The notes beneath the pieces were generated by a model. That model searched no databases. It had not been told where the DNA came from and worked only from the letters and a program-made list of their open reading frames with translations. Positions 13,361 through 27,590 of a stretch of 64,000 nt of DNA are shown piece after piece. This DNA is from Styela clava (Eukaryota), in the NCBI RefSeq assembly GCF_964204865.1, contig NC_135250.1:930001-994000 (forward strand), written 5' to 3'. The translations under genes were made by a program, and so were the position numbers. The stretch's first letter is position 1; the number at the start of each line of letters is the position of its first letter.

Positions 13361-16300
13361 ACAATACGTATCACGCGGTATAGCAAGGCAGACGTCGGTA
13401 AACAGTCGCGTATTTGTGATGACGTGAGTGATTAGTTGGTGGAATTAAATATTTTTATTTATGCTGTTTTAATCACAGATTTTAGGCCACCTCTCTGATT
13501 CAAGACCGTTTACGTGTTTTGCAATTCGACTGGCATTTTTCATTAGTTTTATCTGCGACTATTCGTGACTGAATGTAAAATATCTGTCCCAACATAATAT
13601 GTCAGTCAGCGCTTCGTACAATGGTATTTTGGTGCACCTGTAGTCGAGTCAGAGATTCAGCAAAGTAACTTGCCGAGTACGAGCCATGGGAGATTGAATA
13701 CATGAAATGTATTAATAATACACTTCAAACAGACTATCTCGCGCGAATCCAAGGTTATTTAATCACATTTTCGCGTTTAATACAACATTGGTCAAATTTC
13801 ACTTTTTTTTATTATTTTCAAGACTTGTTAAAATTATTCTCGTTTTACAAATCAAATAGCGTAGTGTGCAATGACTACAAAACAAACTGGGATTATCAGT
13901 GTCTCTAGTCTTTGAGAAGAGTGAATTTGTTGCATCGTGCCACGATCAGCTATATAACTGATAACGTTAGAACTACAATTTTATCTCGACTTGAGTATTC
14001 TTCGTAGCTCGTTGTAAACACATTCGAAAACTTTGCACTAGCTACCTCATATAATAAATTTAAACACGATTCTTGTATGTCATGCATCGCAAATTAAATT
14101 TTCACAATAGTAAACGTATATCGATTGCAATATATAGTAGGCATAAAGTAATTCATCACACCAAGCAAAAATTAATTCCAACATCATTCTACAAACACAT
14201 CGTATACAATTTTATACTTCACGTTGCAAAGAACCTGAGCCTTTTAAATTTCTACAAGAAGCAGTCGTCAGTGGCCAGTACGTTTGTGGCAAAAACCTCT
14301 ACAGACATATCTTTTACCAAATTTACGTGGAATATGTAAATTCTAATGTTCTTTTTACTCTCCGTTTCCGCAAGCTTGAACACCGACAATCAATAATCGA
14401 GCAGGCAAATTAAATTCAAACTAGAAAGTTCTTCAGTTACTAAATAAAATTTTTCATCACAAACTGCTGACGGTTAGATGGCCTAGTCGCCCTAGTGTTA
14501 CTGTTAAGGCCATGAATGTTAGAGATCTCGGACCAACCGAGTCAGTCTAATTATTCCAAGACCGTAGCTGACTTATACTATTCAGTTTGTATATATAGCT
14601 TTTATTCAATTTGACGATATATCACAAAGAAATTTAAATAGACAAGAATATAGACTGTTGGTGTAATCGGCCTCAGAATACTCATCTAACAAAGTTTTCA
14701 TTTAAAATTGATGAATCAACCGCTATTTTATTTTCGAAATAATTCAATATTTCAATAAATATTTCACTTTCAGATCCTACCATTTGCTCTTTCAAAATAT
14801 GTAAACTGACTAACAGGTTACTAACTAATATTTAACAGCATTCACAGCCTAAAATATCTAAGTTCAACATAGTCTTAATATAAGCAGCTTAATTTAACAA
14901 GAAACTACTAAAATATTAAGTCGACAAATTGTATTCATAAGCGTATTGAACTTTGTGACAATATTATGAGTGAGAAATATGTAAGTTTAACAAACTGTTA
15001 ATTATAAACAGCTTAGTATAAGAAGATACTTTTTTCTACTCTACCAAAGACTACTTTGGTCCCAATAACCAATCAAGATAAATCTCACTATAGTTATATG
15101 ATCAGGGCTGTGGAGTTTTCGCAAATACATTTGACTCAGACTCCGGTTTTTCAATTCTACGCATTTATCCCACTTCACTCAACGTGTAATAAATGGGTTA
15201 AGCATTGCCGAATCGAAAGATCCTGGTTCTTTTGAGAAACGTATTTCTTTACACACCGCTGTATATCAACAACGGCTTGTACAGGGCACAGTATCTAGCG
15301 AAATGCGCAAATGAGCGTCGTTTAAAAAATATGTATAGTTTGTCACAACCGCGTCAGCGGGGTTTCGTGAATTGAAAGTATTTTTTTTCATTCAATAAAG
15401 CATTTACATTAATGAAGCACATGGCTCCGAACCAGAATTTCACCTAAATTTGTAGCTGTAGTGGACACTTGTACTGGTTTTGTTCAGAACGAAATGCTTT
15501 AACGAGAGTATTGCGCAAAACAGCATTGTGTAAAACAAGCTACCGGTACGTTTCCATTGCGTGTTCAATTATGCAAAATGATAGACATTGATAACAGAAG
15601 TGATTCTAGAGGGGAATGATCATAGGGAGCCGCCCAGGCAGAAAATATAGCGGTGAGTTTGTTGCTTAGTTTGATGATTTAACTAATAATAATACGAACA
15701 TTTCACTATTACTTGATCTTTAGTTTATTTATTCTGATGTATTACAACATATATATATATTTTTTTATCCCCCTAATTATTTTTGAAGTTAGGTATAAAG
15801 GACATCATTATCAGAACCCCCCCACAAAATTACTGATTTCTATTCTTAGGGCAAACGTCGATAGGGCTGTGATGAATACCGAACATCACCTTCTGTATTA
15901 CCGTATATCTTGTAGGGTTCATTTCAGTAGAATATTGGATTGTATAGATTTCAGCATTCGTACGCGCTAATTCATTACAAAATATATAATCAACAATGAA
16001 TGGATATGTAAAAATATGCTGGTTCAATTCGTAGTCTTAGAAATGGAAAAAGTTTTTTGAATGGAGTTTTTGGATCAGAAAGAACTCTTGCAATGGACCG
16101 TTATCTGAAATCTGCATTTTATGGAATTCGCACTACTTTTATAGCGAAACCATGTTACTCCCTCGGCAACGCGGATTCTTCAACGAATATTAGGCCAACT
16201 TCGGGGCGAGACGGCAATTCCGTATTTTGTAAATTACGCAATTCGTAGACATCAATCGAATGATCGGCCGATGACGTGGCATAATAGTCCTCAGCCAGCC

Positions 16301-16834
16301 ATTTCGCTCAGAAATAAACGAGAGAATAAAGGGAAATATGCGACTTCTGCAACGTGCGTATTTTGCAACCTGAGGTAATAGAGAGAACGTGAGAGTGTAG
16401 AGAAAAGAAAAAATGGAGTATGGGCGATGTCATTTAACGATTCCAGGAACGCCTTTATTTGCTTCTAGCCCCACAGCCTGTAAAATATTGCGAAACTTCG
16501 ACTATTAAATACTAAATGTATGCCCGTAACACCAAGTCTACCTAAGTCAACTGTTAAATATATAAAATAATTAAAAAAACAGCTGAATTATTCATGCAAA
16601 TCGCAAAAATAAATAATTTGAATTCACTCACCAAATATCTTCGTTCTTCCCTAGCGTAAAACCTAACTGACAACTTCTACTCGCAAAACGGTATTTTACT
16701 AAAACTCTCTTTCTACTTTATTTTCTTTTTCTAACGACGTGATGGTACCGTGATTGCCAGAACAGAATATTTTTCTCAGATGAAAAATATTCTGATATTC
16801 ACCAATCAAACATACATTCCAAATTTTATGTTGC

Positions 16835-17280
16835 TTTTGTTTTATCAATGTAATACAATGGAATGCATACATGATAAAAACAAATACAAATATATATTGT
16901 GGATATATAAATATATATATACTAACATAATATTATATATCATATAATATATATTTAGTAAGGGTACGGCTGTCATTCGTAGTGTATTATCGTGTATTAA
17001 GATTGCACTCAGGTACAATGAATCCCACCCAGAGTTCTCTGTTATGTAATTTGTTTATCGATGTAATGCAACAGATTGCATACACGATGAAAAAGAATAG
17101 TAATGTATATTGTGGATACTAACATTGTATTATATATCATATAAGATATATTTTATAAGAGTGCAGCTGGTATTTCTGGTGCAGTTTCCAAATCTAAGAT
17201 TTGACGAAGATCCACGTAGGTACAATAAAACCCGATGCGAGTTCTATTGATGTAATTTAGGTAAATCGACAACTCAACAA
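16835..17280. repeat. Two ~210-bp tandem units (paralog ~59310-59700)
   Basis: 'ttatcaatgtaatacaatggaatgcatacatgataaaaa..tatattgtggata' (~16842) recurs as 'ttatcgatgtaatgcaacagattgcatacacgatgaaaaa..tatattgtggata' (~17055). Confidence 0.75.
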
Positions 17281-19022
17281 AAAGGTTTTGCTAATACTCA
17301 CTCACATTTAGCGTGGATATTAAAAATCTCACTAGTTTTACCATTTGTCTACTAAATGGCTCTCATCCTGCTTTGAGAAGCAAAAGCGCTGCTTTCTGAA
17401 ACACGAACCTCAGCATACTGTGCAGCGACTTGTTTCGTTTATCGTTACCCAAGATTTATTGTATAACATGGTGACGCTGTACTTTCTTAACCCTTCATTA
17501 AATATATATTGATCAATATCGCTCAGACAAAGAAACAATAAGCGTTGGTGGGACTGACAGGGTTTGTTTACTCGCCCCGTCCTTATTACCTGTGAATAAT
17601 TAACCCAGCGTACCATCCACTCGTTGTTTTGAAAAAAAAGGTTAGTTATTCCTAAATTTTCGGGTAATTATGACAATATTTTTAGAGATGATTTCGCCTA
17701 CTTCACATCAAGTTGTGTAAAGTGACTGGAACGTATAGGCAGGGGGTATATTCACTTGGCTAACACAGACAGTCCCAAAACTCGTAATGGAACTAAATAA
17801 AATAGGGAAAACGGAATAAAATTATGGCCAAACCCCAGCCGGGTACACATACTACGGGAGTACCGAAACATTTGACTTACGACTCCAGCTCTGAAATCGG
17901 TGCTCCCGAAGTATTCGTACTAAGATTGCGCACAACTTGAACGTAGTATGTGTACTAGGTTAGGGTTGTTCAGGTTGTGCGTCATCTTGGCACGAATACA
18001 TCTGGAGCGCCCGGAAATCTGTCAAAATCCTATTTAACCTTCAGACTGTAAAAAACGCTTGGTGATGCCTAATGAGTTTCTGCCATCACCGAACATTTAG
18101 AAACTCGATGCCGAGCCCCAAGGCTCTATGAAAGAAACATAGGATCTCCACGATCTATTCGTTTACTTATTAAAATACTGACTGCGTTAATTTTGTAGCT
18201 GTCCAAAGAAGCATTTACCGCATTAATGAGATTTGACAACAGTAGCGTCGAAATGTGGCAACAGGGTGGTAACTCAAATATGACATTATCTATAAATTCC
18301 AAAAGATAATTTTTATATATTTATTGTGGGGCTGCGTAAATAAACCTCTTCACGTGCTCCATAACACCAAAAGTTCGAGAACGCATGGTTTGAGGCGCCC
18401 CATTTTTTCCATGTGAAATGTGTTTCTGATAGCCAAGCTACACAGTATTCTGCGTAGTTTCTCTGTTGCTTATACAACAATACAATAAGTCATATTTATA
18501 TCCTTTTTTCTTAGTTGGTATTTATGTGACCTTCGTTTTCTCGGTGGGGTGCAATGTTGAAAATAATACACAAAGCAGAACATTTGGATATATGCGTTAC
18601 TCTCAGCTTTATCCACCGACTCACATAAATCTTCTCTTCACATTTAGTGTGAAGTCATAAGATCGTATTCATTTGTGTATTTGACCCACTGTAGCTAGAG
18701 CTTATGCTCACCATCACGTACGCTATACTGTCCGATGACGTTGTTTCTAGACTTTGTACTACTTAACGCCCCTAAAATAAACATAGAATCATACCGCCTC
18801 TGACAACAGAATAACAAACGTTAGCGGGACTAATAGGATTTATGTGCTTATTCTGTTCATATGACCTAAGAATAATTGAACAAGCATCATTTAGCTGATC
18901 TCATAAAAAATTGACGTTATATATTCCAAGATCTTCGGGTACATATGACTTTTAATGAAAATTTTGAAATAATATAAAAATACGTGACATGGGCCATGCA
19001 TGGATCACACGGTCGCATATAT

Positions 19023-19148
19023 CAGTGGTTCCCAACCTTTCTTATCAGGCGACCCAAATAATATCTGGCTAGATTTCTAATGAAATGAGATAGGTTAGAA
19101 TTTTCTATAACTACCAATGGAGATTGACCCATAGGTTGGAAAACACTG
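19023..19148. mobile_element. Small hAT MITE
   Basis: CAGTGGTTCCCAACC..GGTTGGAAAACACTG, with near-perfect 8-bp TSD gcatatat/gcatattt. Confidence 0.7.
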
Positions 19149-22100
19149 GCATATTTGGCACAAAATTAGACCTTTACTTAAATTGGTCTGATGGCCTTAT
19201 GAAACCACTATAATTCGCCTTGGTCACCCATCCCATGCGGAGATAATTATTTTTTCGTCGTGTTAGGCGTTTTTTTTTCGGGCTAACTAGCAAAGTTCAG
19301 GTTGCTTAGGTAATTATCGTAATTCCGATAATTTGAATATTAGTTGTAAGTCCTATATATTCTACCTATGTTTAGAATTTTTTCTCAGAGTTGTTGTTTT
19401 GGTCTGTTGTGGCAATGACGCTATTATGGGATATCGTTAGACCAGTACTAGACTGTTCTTGTTTTAATTCCGCAATACAGTTTAAAAAGGCGATTAGCCG
19501 ACAAGGTAATGGTCAAAGCATTGAGCGTAATTCTACTAAAGGTACTAATGCTATGGTAGGCGCTCTCCACTTAAGAGCTAATGTTCAAAATTGTTTGATT
19601 TTGCTACAATGCTTGGAGATTCTGTAACTGCTAAAACCAGATAAGCTGCATTTTATTTTTTCGATTCAAGCGTATGTAACCTTTCTTTTCTAAGTAAATT
19701 GCTTAGCAGTCTGCGACAATATCTACACTATAAACAATCAAAAAGGAGGAAGGACTGCAGTTGAATACACAATATCCAAGTTCCTCTTGTATAAATAATC
19801 AGATATCTATATTTCGCCAACACTAACCAGATAAAATTACTGGTACTTTCACTGAAAATTTCACTTTATGGCACACTAAGATATCAGTTTTAAAATAGCC
19901 AATCAGAATATTAGATTACGTATATATATACTACATTGGAGTATTTGAATAATATTGCCGATTCGATTCCGGTATTGCCGGCATGTTAGACTAGACATGA
20001 TCCGCGATCCTCAATCCCTTATTGTCCTTATCAAAAGTATTTAAATATCATTGACGTAATAGGCTTATTAAACTCTTCAGAATTGTTTGTTTTACCAATT
20101 TATATTCTCAATAACGTTACCGGGACTCGAAGTACTTTACGATATCATACAAGATACAAAAAAATAAATAAAGTGTGTGTGTTTTTAAACATTCGGATTT
20201 TTTAAGTTTACAAATTGGGGTTTCTTCTGAGCTGACTATTTGATATCGCATGGAAGAAACCTTGGAACTGTATTAGGGCGACGTGCAAGAGGAATACTGG
20301 GCGGTCACGATATGGTTAACTCTGGAAGCAACGGCCTCTTTCGTCAATAACGCACATGCAAATGAAACGCCAAGGTGGTCGGGCTTTTCCAAAGGCTGGA
20401 AGTCTGATGATCGGAGGGGTCTTAAAATAATGTTTGAGCTATATTGTCGAATTCGGAAAATTTAGTTACTGAACTAAAAATAAATAAATAAAATAATATA
20501 TATATTTCGACTTACCGGTACCATAATACTAACAAACTTTGACTAGTTCTGAACCTGCAACGTTACCCGTAGTTTGATCCGGCAAATAGTTCCATAAAAG
20601 CATAGACTACCAAATTTTACCTACTTTAGTCTGCTGATAATTACATAACTACGGCCAGTAACAATGAAATAACCACTAAAACTAATTAGTCAAAGTGCTA
20701 AGAGGCAGACTGGGTCCCTTCCGAAAACAGACTGTTGGACTTGCCATATCATGTTAATTTGTAAGCGGTAAGATTCGCTGCTTCGTTCACAGCATTTTGT
20801 CGGATTGAACTCCAGCAACAAAATTAGATTCATCTAGTATAATCAGTATTTCTGCATTTTTTTTAATCCAATACATCACCAATTATAAGATGCTATATTT
20901 GTTTTACTTATTAATTTCGGAAATTAACTAACAACACAGATTTCATTTACATTTAGTTATTGTGACGATTAGATGCTTATTACCGAACAATCATACTCAA
21001 ACCAATGTGAGAAAGGGGTTGCCAGAAACGAACACGGCGTGGTCAGAATTTTATTATTATTTTAGATTATTTGGTACGTGCTATTTGGAAATAAAATAGA
21101 TCTTTCTCGAATATCGAGTTTTTCGTTTATTTCCACAACAATGATCAATCGGCAATAAGTTAGCGGCGATTTAACAGATGAAATATTAATTAGTGAATGT
21201 CTGACCCGGGGACTCTGATGATCTTTGATCAGTATCCAATGCACGCATGATTGGGACATACCTTGTTTCCCGAAAATAAGACCTAACCTAGAGGTAACTA
21301 ATTTTGTTCGCCTTCTTTACATCGAGTTGTGTAAAGGGACGGAAGCCTATGCGCAGGGGTTATATTCACTAACACAGACAGTCCCTGAACTCGTAATAGA
21401 AATAAAATAAGTAAAATCGGAATGAAATCATTGCCTAATCCTAACCTGGTACACATACTACGGAAGCACCAAAATGAGACCTAGTTTATATCGAAAAGTC
21501 AGTTAAATGAAATATTCATTGAAATTTATGAATTTAGTGACTTACAAGACATTAATGATGATATGGCCATTTTTGAATAATCTGTGTTTAGCAGTTTTTT
21601 TAATGTTGTTGCTATATGTTTTAAGGCGCTTATAACTTCAGTGGTCCAATACTAACATATTATGCAATATAAGGAAATAAATAATTATATATTTAAATCA
21701 ATTATTATCAATAATAAGTAATTATTCCTAAATATTTCTGCCCATAAGAAAAACGAATTCAATAACAGTTTCAATAATGTCCATGTATAATCACTTCTTC
21801 CAAAATCAGTTCAGTAAGTTTTCTGGCTTTGATGATCGTACTTGATGATTATATTGCTGGCAATGTAGTGGACAGTGGGCTAAGGTCCCAGGTACAAAAC
21901 ACTGTTCGCTATATTCGTCGGAATGACAACTAATTTTATGTAACTAAACTCGCCAACTACAAATATACAAAAAGACTCACAACCTACCTCGTCCAATAAA
22001 ACAATTCGATTATTTATATTATTGCACATATTTATATAATTAAAAATTTACATCCGGGACATTACAGAGATAGTTACTAATGCAGTTGAATATACACTTT

Positions 22101-25100
22101 ACTTAAAGGCATATCAGAAACACAGAGTGACCCAAAATCCGGACCTTCAGAAGCATGTGCACCAAGATGGCGCACAACCTGAACATAGTATGTGTACCAG
22201 GTTAGGGTTCAGGTTGTGCGCCATCTTGGTGCACATACTTCTGGAGCGCCCAAAATCCATTCATAATTTCTCAATTACTTCAATGAAAGAGAATTTATTC
22301 TACATTGAACCTCTCATTGTGTGTGATTTTACCGAAAAGTTTTAGTAATCTGGGACGATTTGCACAAAAGTTAAGTTTAAAATTAACTGGGTTCTGATTT
22401 TTGGGGTCACCATGTGATTACCGTCAATTGGACTATTCTAATAAAAACGCTAAAAAACACAAATCAAAATATATAAGAGCCAGATAAAATATAACAGAAT
22501 ATAATGAAAAATACAATGTGAGGTCAATTTACCAAATATATACATGAAAGAAGACAAAAAAATGGAACTGAGGAAATAAATGCAGTAACATTAGCAAATA
22601 AAACATCAATTTTGCTAGTATGAAATCAGAGCTGCTGGGCGCAAAGCGCGATGGCCTAGTGCAGGGCTACTCACCTGGCAGACTGAATCCGGACGTTTTG
22701 AGTATTTGATTCGGACCGCACCTAATTCTTTATTTTGGATCATTAGCCCCACTTTTGAAGTTTCCTTTTATAAAATGACGTTTATAGTTTTGAATATATA
22801 TAAAAACTATAACGCCATAATAAGCAATCTTGATTAGCTAATAATCATCAGCCGGTCGAGGAAGTGCGCGTTTAAGGATGCCGAAATATAATTTCTGGAA
22901 AAACCGGACTCAAATAATTTTGATGTTTCGTATGCGGATATTTGGTAAAAATAGTTGAGTAGTCCTGACCTAGGCACGGGTCGGCAACCTTTAGCAACTC
23001 ATGAATCTAGTTCTCACTTCGAAGTGTGTTTTGACAGACTTCCGACCTATTTTACCGCTCTCGACTTATACTTTGGGAACCGGTGTGATGCGTAATTGGC
23101 GAGGTGTATCTGGCTTTATGTCGACTTTTTCATTGAATCCATATTGCTCCTAATAAAATAAACTGTTGTTTATGCTTTGATTCACGGGAGCCAGAGCTCC
23201 AAGAACAATCTGGAGTCACAGGTTGCCGATCGCTGACCTAGAGCAACGTTTCCCAGCAGGTGAGGAATTTTGATGATATTGGGAAGAAATACCACTTCGT
23301 ATTTTGTGTAGTTTGAAAAAGTTGTTTAGTATTATTGTGATACTTAATTTGGGTTGTATAATAAACTGTTCATAAATTAGAGTACTTGTTGTGTGTAAAG
23401 GCAAAGCTAAAAGCTCCGGAGTGATGCTGTTTTTCTCTATGATATCTCAAAGTAGAAGTTGCACATCAAACGCTGAAAGTAGTTTTATCAGAATCGGTTT
23501 TACTAAAATACTCCCATATGTGTGAAATGCGGTGCATATCTCTTGCAGAAGAGCGGCCATGAAAGAACAATTGTATCGAACAATTATCGAGCGATACCAA
23601 AACTATCACGTGAATTTGCCTTAGAATCATTGTGACGTAACAAGCCGAAATTGTAACTCATTACGTCAAACTCATGCGGCGGTCAACCAGTTATTTTAAC
23701 CTGGTTAACGGTTAAAGTGTTTTTTAAAACTCCCAGCTCTAGTATTTGAACTGCCTCGATGACGTATATATTCTAAGGTGAGAGGATGATGCCGATGAGT
23801 GAAATATTGTTTTTGTTCAGTGATGAAATTAAAGCATTTTATTGGAGAATTGGCAAAAGCTTATTGTGGTTGCAAACTTGTTACATTTTTCAAACTTGGC
23901 CTAATTTTCATTGTAACGTGTAATTGTCCCATGTTGGAGAGCGAAATCCCGGCAAATGTCCAGCGGAACATCGCAACTTCAGGTAGACAAATAACATGTA
24001 CGAAGCCCGGCTAAAAAGCCTAAAAAAGCAAACAACGGCTTTTTGTTTTATTCTGGAGTATGGATGAACTGAAGGTTATATGCACTATTTCTACGTCTGG
24101 ATAAATTTTTTGTTGAGGTAAGTCTGCTCAGATGAACAACCTTTCGCAGCCGACTGTTGAAAATGTAGGTTAATTTACTTGTATTTTAGTTCAACACTGT
24201 CATTTTAAGCGTTGGAGTTATAAACACAGCTTGGGTCGATGTATTCGTTCAAATTCAGATTTTTTTTTCTATGCGACTCGATATTGGGACGATTTTAAAT
24301 TAAATATTCGCCCCGTGGGTTTGTAGGTTTTCCTTATATTTTGTTCAATGATAATTACTGAAACCCAGCACAAGAGAACTCGCACTCACTCAGAAGCAAA
24401 GAATACTGATATCTTAGCGAAGTTACGGGCGGTCCAGTGCGGGATTTAACGTTAGGCCTGGTATGCTGAAGCCTTGGGCCCCGACGTTTAATTTTAAATT
24501 GTGAAGGCTTACTCCAAAATAAGACCGGTTTGAAATTTCATAAAACTGATAATTGTTAACGTTTCGCGAAATTTAACATTTTATTTATGACGCTCTGTCA
24601 AATTTATCATACACACGTCATAATGAAATATTTGTGACGTCATTGTTAGAGGAGTCTAGCAAATGGCATAGCCAAGGGCCTCTCATTGTCTCAAATTAAG
24701 ACCCTAAATAAGGCCCTGTGGCGACCTCTAGAGTACCATCCATTGCTACTACAATCAAAGTTTAAATAATTTCAACAACTCTAGCTATTATCAATGGGTT
24801 TGCGGCCCAGCTGAAAATGTTCCTGTGTCCCAGAAGTGGCCATGGCCCACTGCTTGAGAACCAGTGTACTAGATAGTGTATCTAACACTGCCAGGAATAA
24901 AACCACGACGGGTCATAGAGCATCGTTTCTGTAGTATTTATTTATTAAGGATGAACAATTGAACAAAAGATCAATGCTCAAATATATGGACACAAAGTAG
25001 GTATGTAATCTGCCACAGTAGTACCGTACCACAGCTGACCAGCAAAAATCAAATTACGCGAAAGAGGAATCGCCACAAGAAGCGTAATTTTTAAATGTAA

Positions 25101-25461
25101 TAACGTGATCGCACACAAAAATTTCAAAGCGAATGGGTAAAAAAGCGATTTTTTCACAACAAGAAGAAAAAGAAATTGACAACAATATAATAACAAAGCG
25201 ATCCATACGTACATTCCGTGCACTCTTAGAAATGCTCGGTAAATTTTACCGTCATTTAAGGGGTAAAAAATTAAAAAATGAGGTCGGTAAACTGATTCAC
25301 CGACAAATGTCGGTAATAATCACCGACATTGGAGGCGTGGCATTAGTCAATAATGCGCGCGCACACTGGTTAAGGAGAGCAGCCAATTAGACGCTATATT
25401 GCACAGTACGATTCAACCGGTATACCGGTAGGTGCTCGCCACTAATACAGTCTAATAATAA

Positions 25462-25823
25462 TGTAATAATTAGTTCAGAAGATCGATCCAGTGTGCTGCA
25501 AAGACAGACAAATAGATTCGAAGTTCACAATGCAAACGAAGAGACTTTATAAAATGGTGTAAAATCCACGCTTAAAGCAGATAAAATTAGAGCGACAAAA
25601 TACGGTTCTCATCCAGCGACAGCAGAAGCAAGAAGAGTCTGACACTGCGAATTCGCAGCACAGTTCACATACGCAGTGGTGGTTGGAGTCGAGTAACTGA
25701 AACCAACTGTCGGGCTATTAAGGCTCAGACTCCACACACCAATGCATATGCAATAACTAGAGACGAAATATAAATAAAATACAAAACAATAATAAATAGG
25801 ACAATTCTAGCCCCGCCCCAATA
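25462..25823 (-). repeat. Putative 3' LTR of the Gypsy element (~360 bp)
   Basis: Begins immediately after the purine tract (TATTGGGGCGG, TA in place of canonical TG) and ends ...ATTATTACA. Boundaries are inferred because there is no second LTR in the window. Confidence 0.5.
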
Positions 25824-27500
25824 CCCCCCATTTGTTTAGAGAAAATTCACAAAAAATTTACTCTCAAAAAATAAAAACATCCCCGAAGAAAGGTATTAAC
25901 ACAGTAGGAATACAAAACTCGTAGAAAACACAATGTGTCAATCAGCAGGTATTAGCAAAATATGAAACACAGTGAAACGAAATATTAAAACAGTAGAAAG
26001 CATTCCTGAAAGTATGGCAAATATACAGCATAATATTTACGAAATACACACTTGCAATCAATCATCAATTCTTGGCAAACTGTAGGCGTCTTTGATTGTT
26101 ACAAGATTCAAATGTCTAAAGTCTATACAAAAACGAGAACTTCCGTACTTCTTAGGAACGAGAACAATAGGTGAATTGTAGGGACTTTCACTCAGTTCTA
26201 TTACACCTTGATCAAGCATGCTCTGTACTTGTTTCCCTGCAATTTCTCTCTTCGCCCATCCCATACGTCGAGGCGGAACTTTAATTGTTTCAGATGTTGA
26301 CGTTTTAATCTTATGTTTGACTACAGAAGTTCGTCCAAGTTTTCCATCAGGGCCAGCGAAAACATCCTGAAATTCGACGAGCAAATCATGAACACTTTGA
26401 CGCTGTTCATCTGTTAAATTTTCTGGATCGTAGACGAGCTTGGTGTCCATGACATCACCAGGCACCACTTGTTCCAGAGAAAGACAGTTAGGTTTTCTCT
26501 TGGGCATAGTAAACCGATCAGCAAATCCGCAGGTATTTCTACCGCTTCCTTGCTAACATTGACCACCATGAGAGCATGAGGCGACCACTACTCCGGGAAA
26601 TAAAAATAAACCACGATGGCCATACTCGCTCTCAAACACACACGCAGCTTCTGCCACAGCTAGGACGTCACTATTGGGTGTCCACGGGCAATTCAAACGA
26701 CCATAAATCACCATCTCACTCTCTCTGGGAACAGTCACACATTTATCTACAACAATTCTACAACTAGGAACAGACGAAACAGGCTTAGTCAGGGAAACAG
26801 TTTTACCATCAACTTCCATTTGACCTACAGACATATGCAAAACACAGTCATGCTCTTGGAAATAATCCATACCAAGCAAACCATAGGGGGCACCAAGATC
26901 AGCAATAATCACTCTCTGAACAGCACACACAGAATCAATACAAATTTTCAAGTCAATCATACCACGAGCTTTCAGAGAAGTTCCATTACCAGTTTGAAAA
27001 CAAACATCACAAGGAGACGAGTCACACTCCTTTCCACCAATAGAACAAAAAACTGCATAATCTATAAGCGTAGCAGCGCTACCAGAATCAATAAGAAAAC
27101 GTACAGTAATGCTATCCACATAAACCATAGCATACCAGCTAGTGGGTAATCTCAAAGAACAAATCAAATTATCAAAGTCATGGTCCATGCATAAATTCGT
27201 CATCTTTTCAGTAGCAACTGAGGACCCCCGTGCCACTGATTTCTGTTTAAAGGCACATCCTTATTCTTGGGAGCAGCGTGAAACTGGGGAATATTCCCAC
27301 TGTCACGAGTTTGGCCATTCCCACCCCAGGCAGAATTTGAGTTATTCCCTTGAGAAAAATATCCTACCGGGCCATTGATCGTTTGCTGGGCCGAATACGC
27401 AGTAGAAGGCTGCGAATTCTGTGGAACATAATATCTATCACACTGAGAAGCTATATGACACCTGCCATGACATCTCTGGCACAGATTCTCCGGATGATGA
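25462..27500 (-). mobile_element. Gypsy/Ty3 LTR retrotransposon remnant (5'-truncated, internally deleted)
   Basis: Gag CCHC knuckle CQRCHGRCHIASQC (27481-27440), slippery TTTAAAC (27251-27245), retropepsin FLIDSGSAATLI (ORF 26553-27236), RT N-terminus SPYNSPIVLVPKK..RFCIDFRHLN..DAYSLPRIDD (ORF 26058-26507), then an abrupt jump to 3' UTR, a PPT-like aaatgggggg and a putative LTR. Confidence 0.92.
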
Positions 27501-27590
27501 TGGAAATAAATAAAAGGAAAACTAATTATTTTTTTAAAAGGGTCGAACCATGGAGTGTTAAGTTTAGATCTACGCTATTTCCATATTTAC

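Larger units (their letters stand above)
1..23110 (+). repeat. Segmental duplication, copy A (direct repeat of ~45630-64000)
   Basis: Position 1 'taatgagcctataatttaattataattagacgaa' matches 45630 'taataagcctataatttaattataattagacgaa'. Matches stay colinear (NLR exons, hAT relics, 47-bp array) to ~23050-23103 'tttaccgctctcgacttatactttgggaaccggtgtgatgcgtaattggcgag', which matches ~63947-63998. Confidence 0.95.

Noticed and set aside
13702-14339. Short ORFs identical in both duplication copies (68 and 70-88 aa)
   Set aside because: The identity is explained by the near-identical tract; there is no recognisable domain or coding signal.
25433-25445. Primer-binding site TGGCGAGC after the LTR
   Set aside because: It lies about 20 nt from the inferred LTR end, and this LTR follows a PPT (3' LTR), so the match is probably chance.
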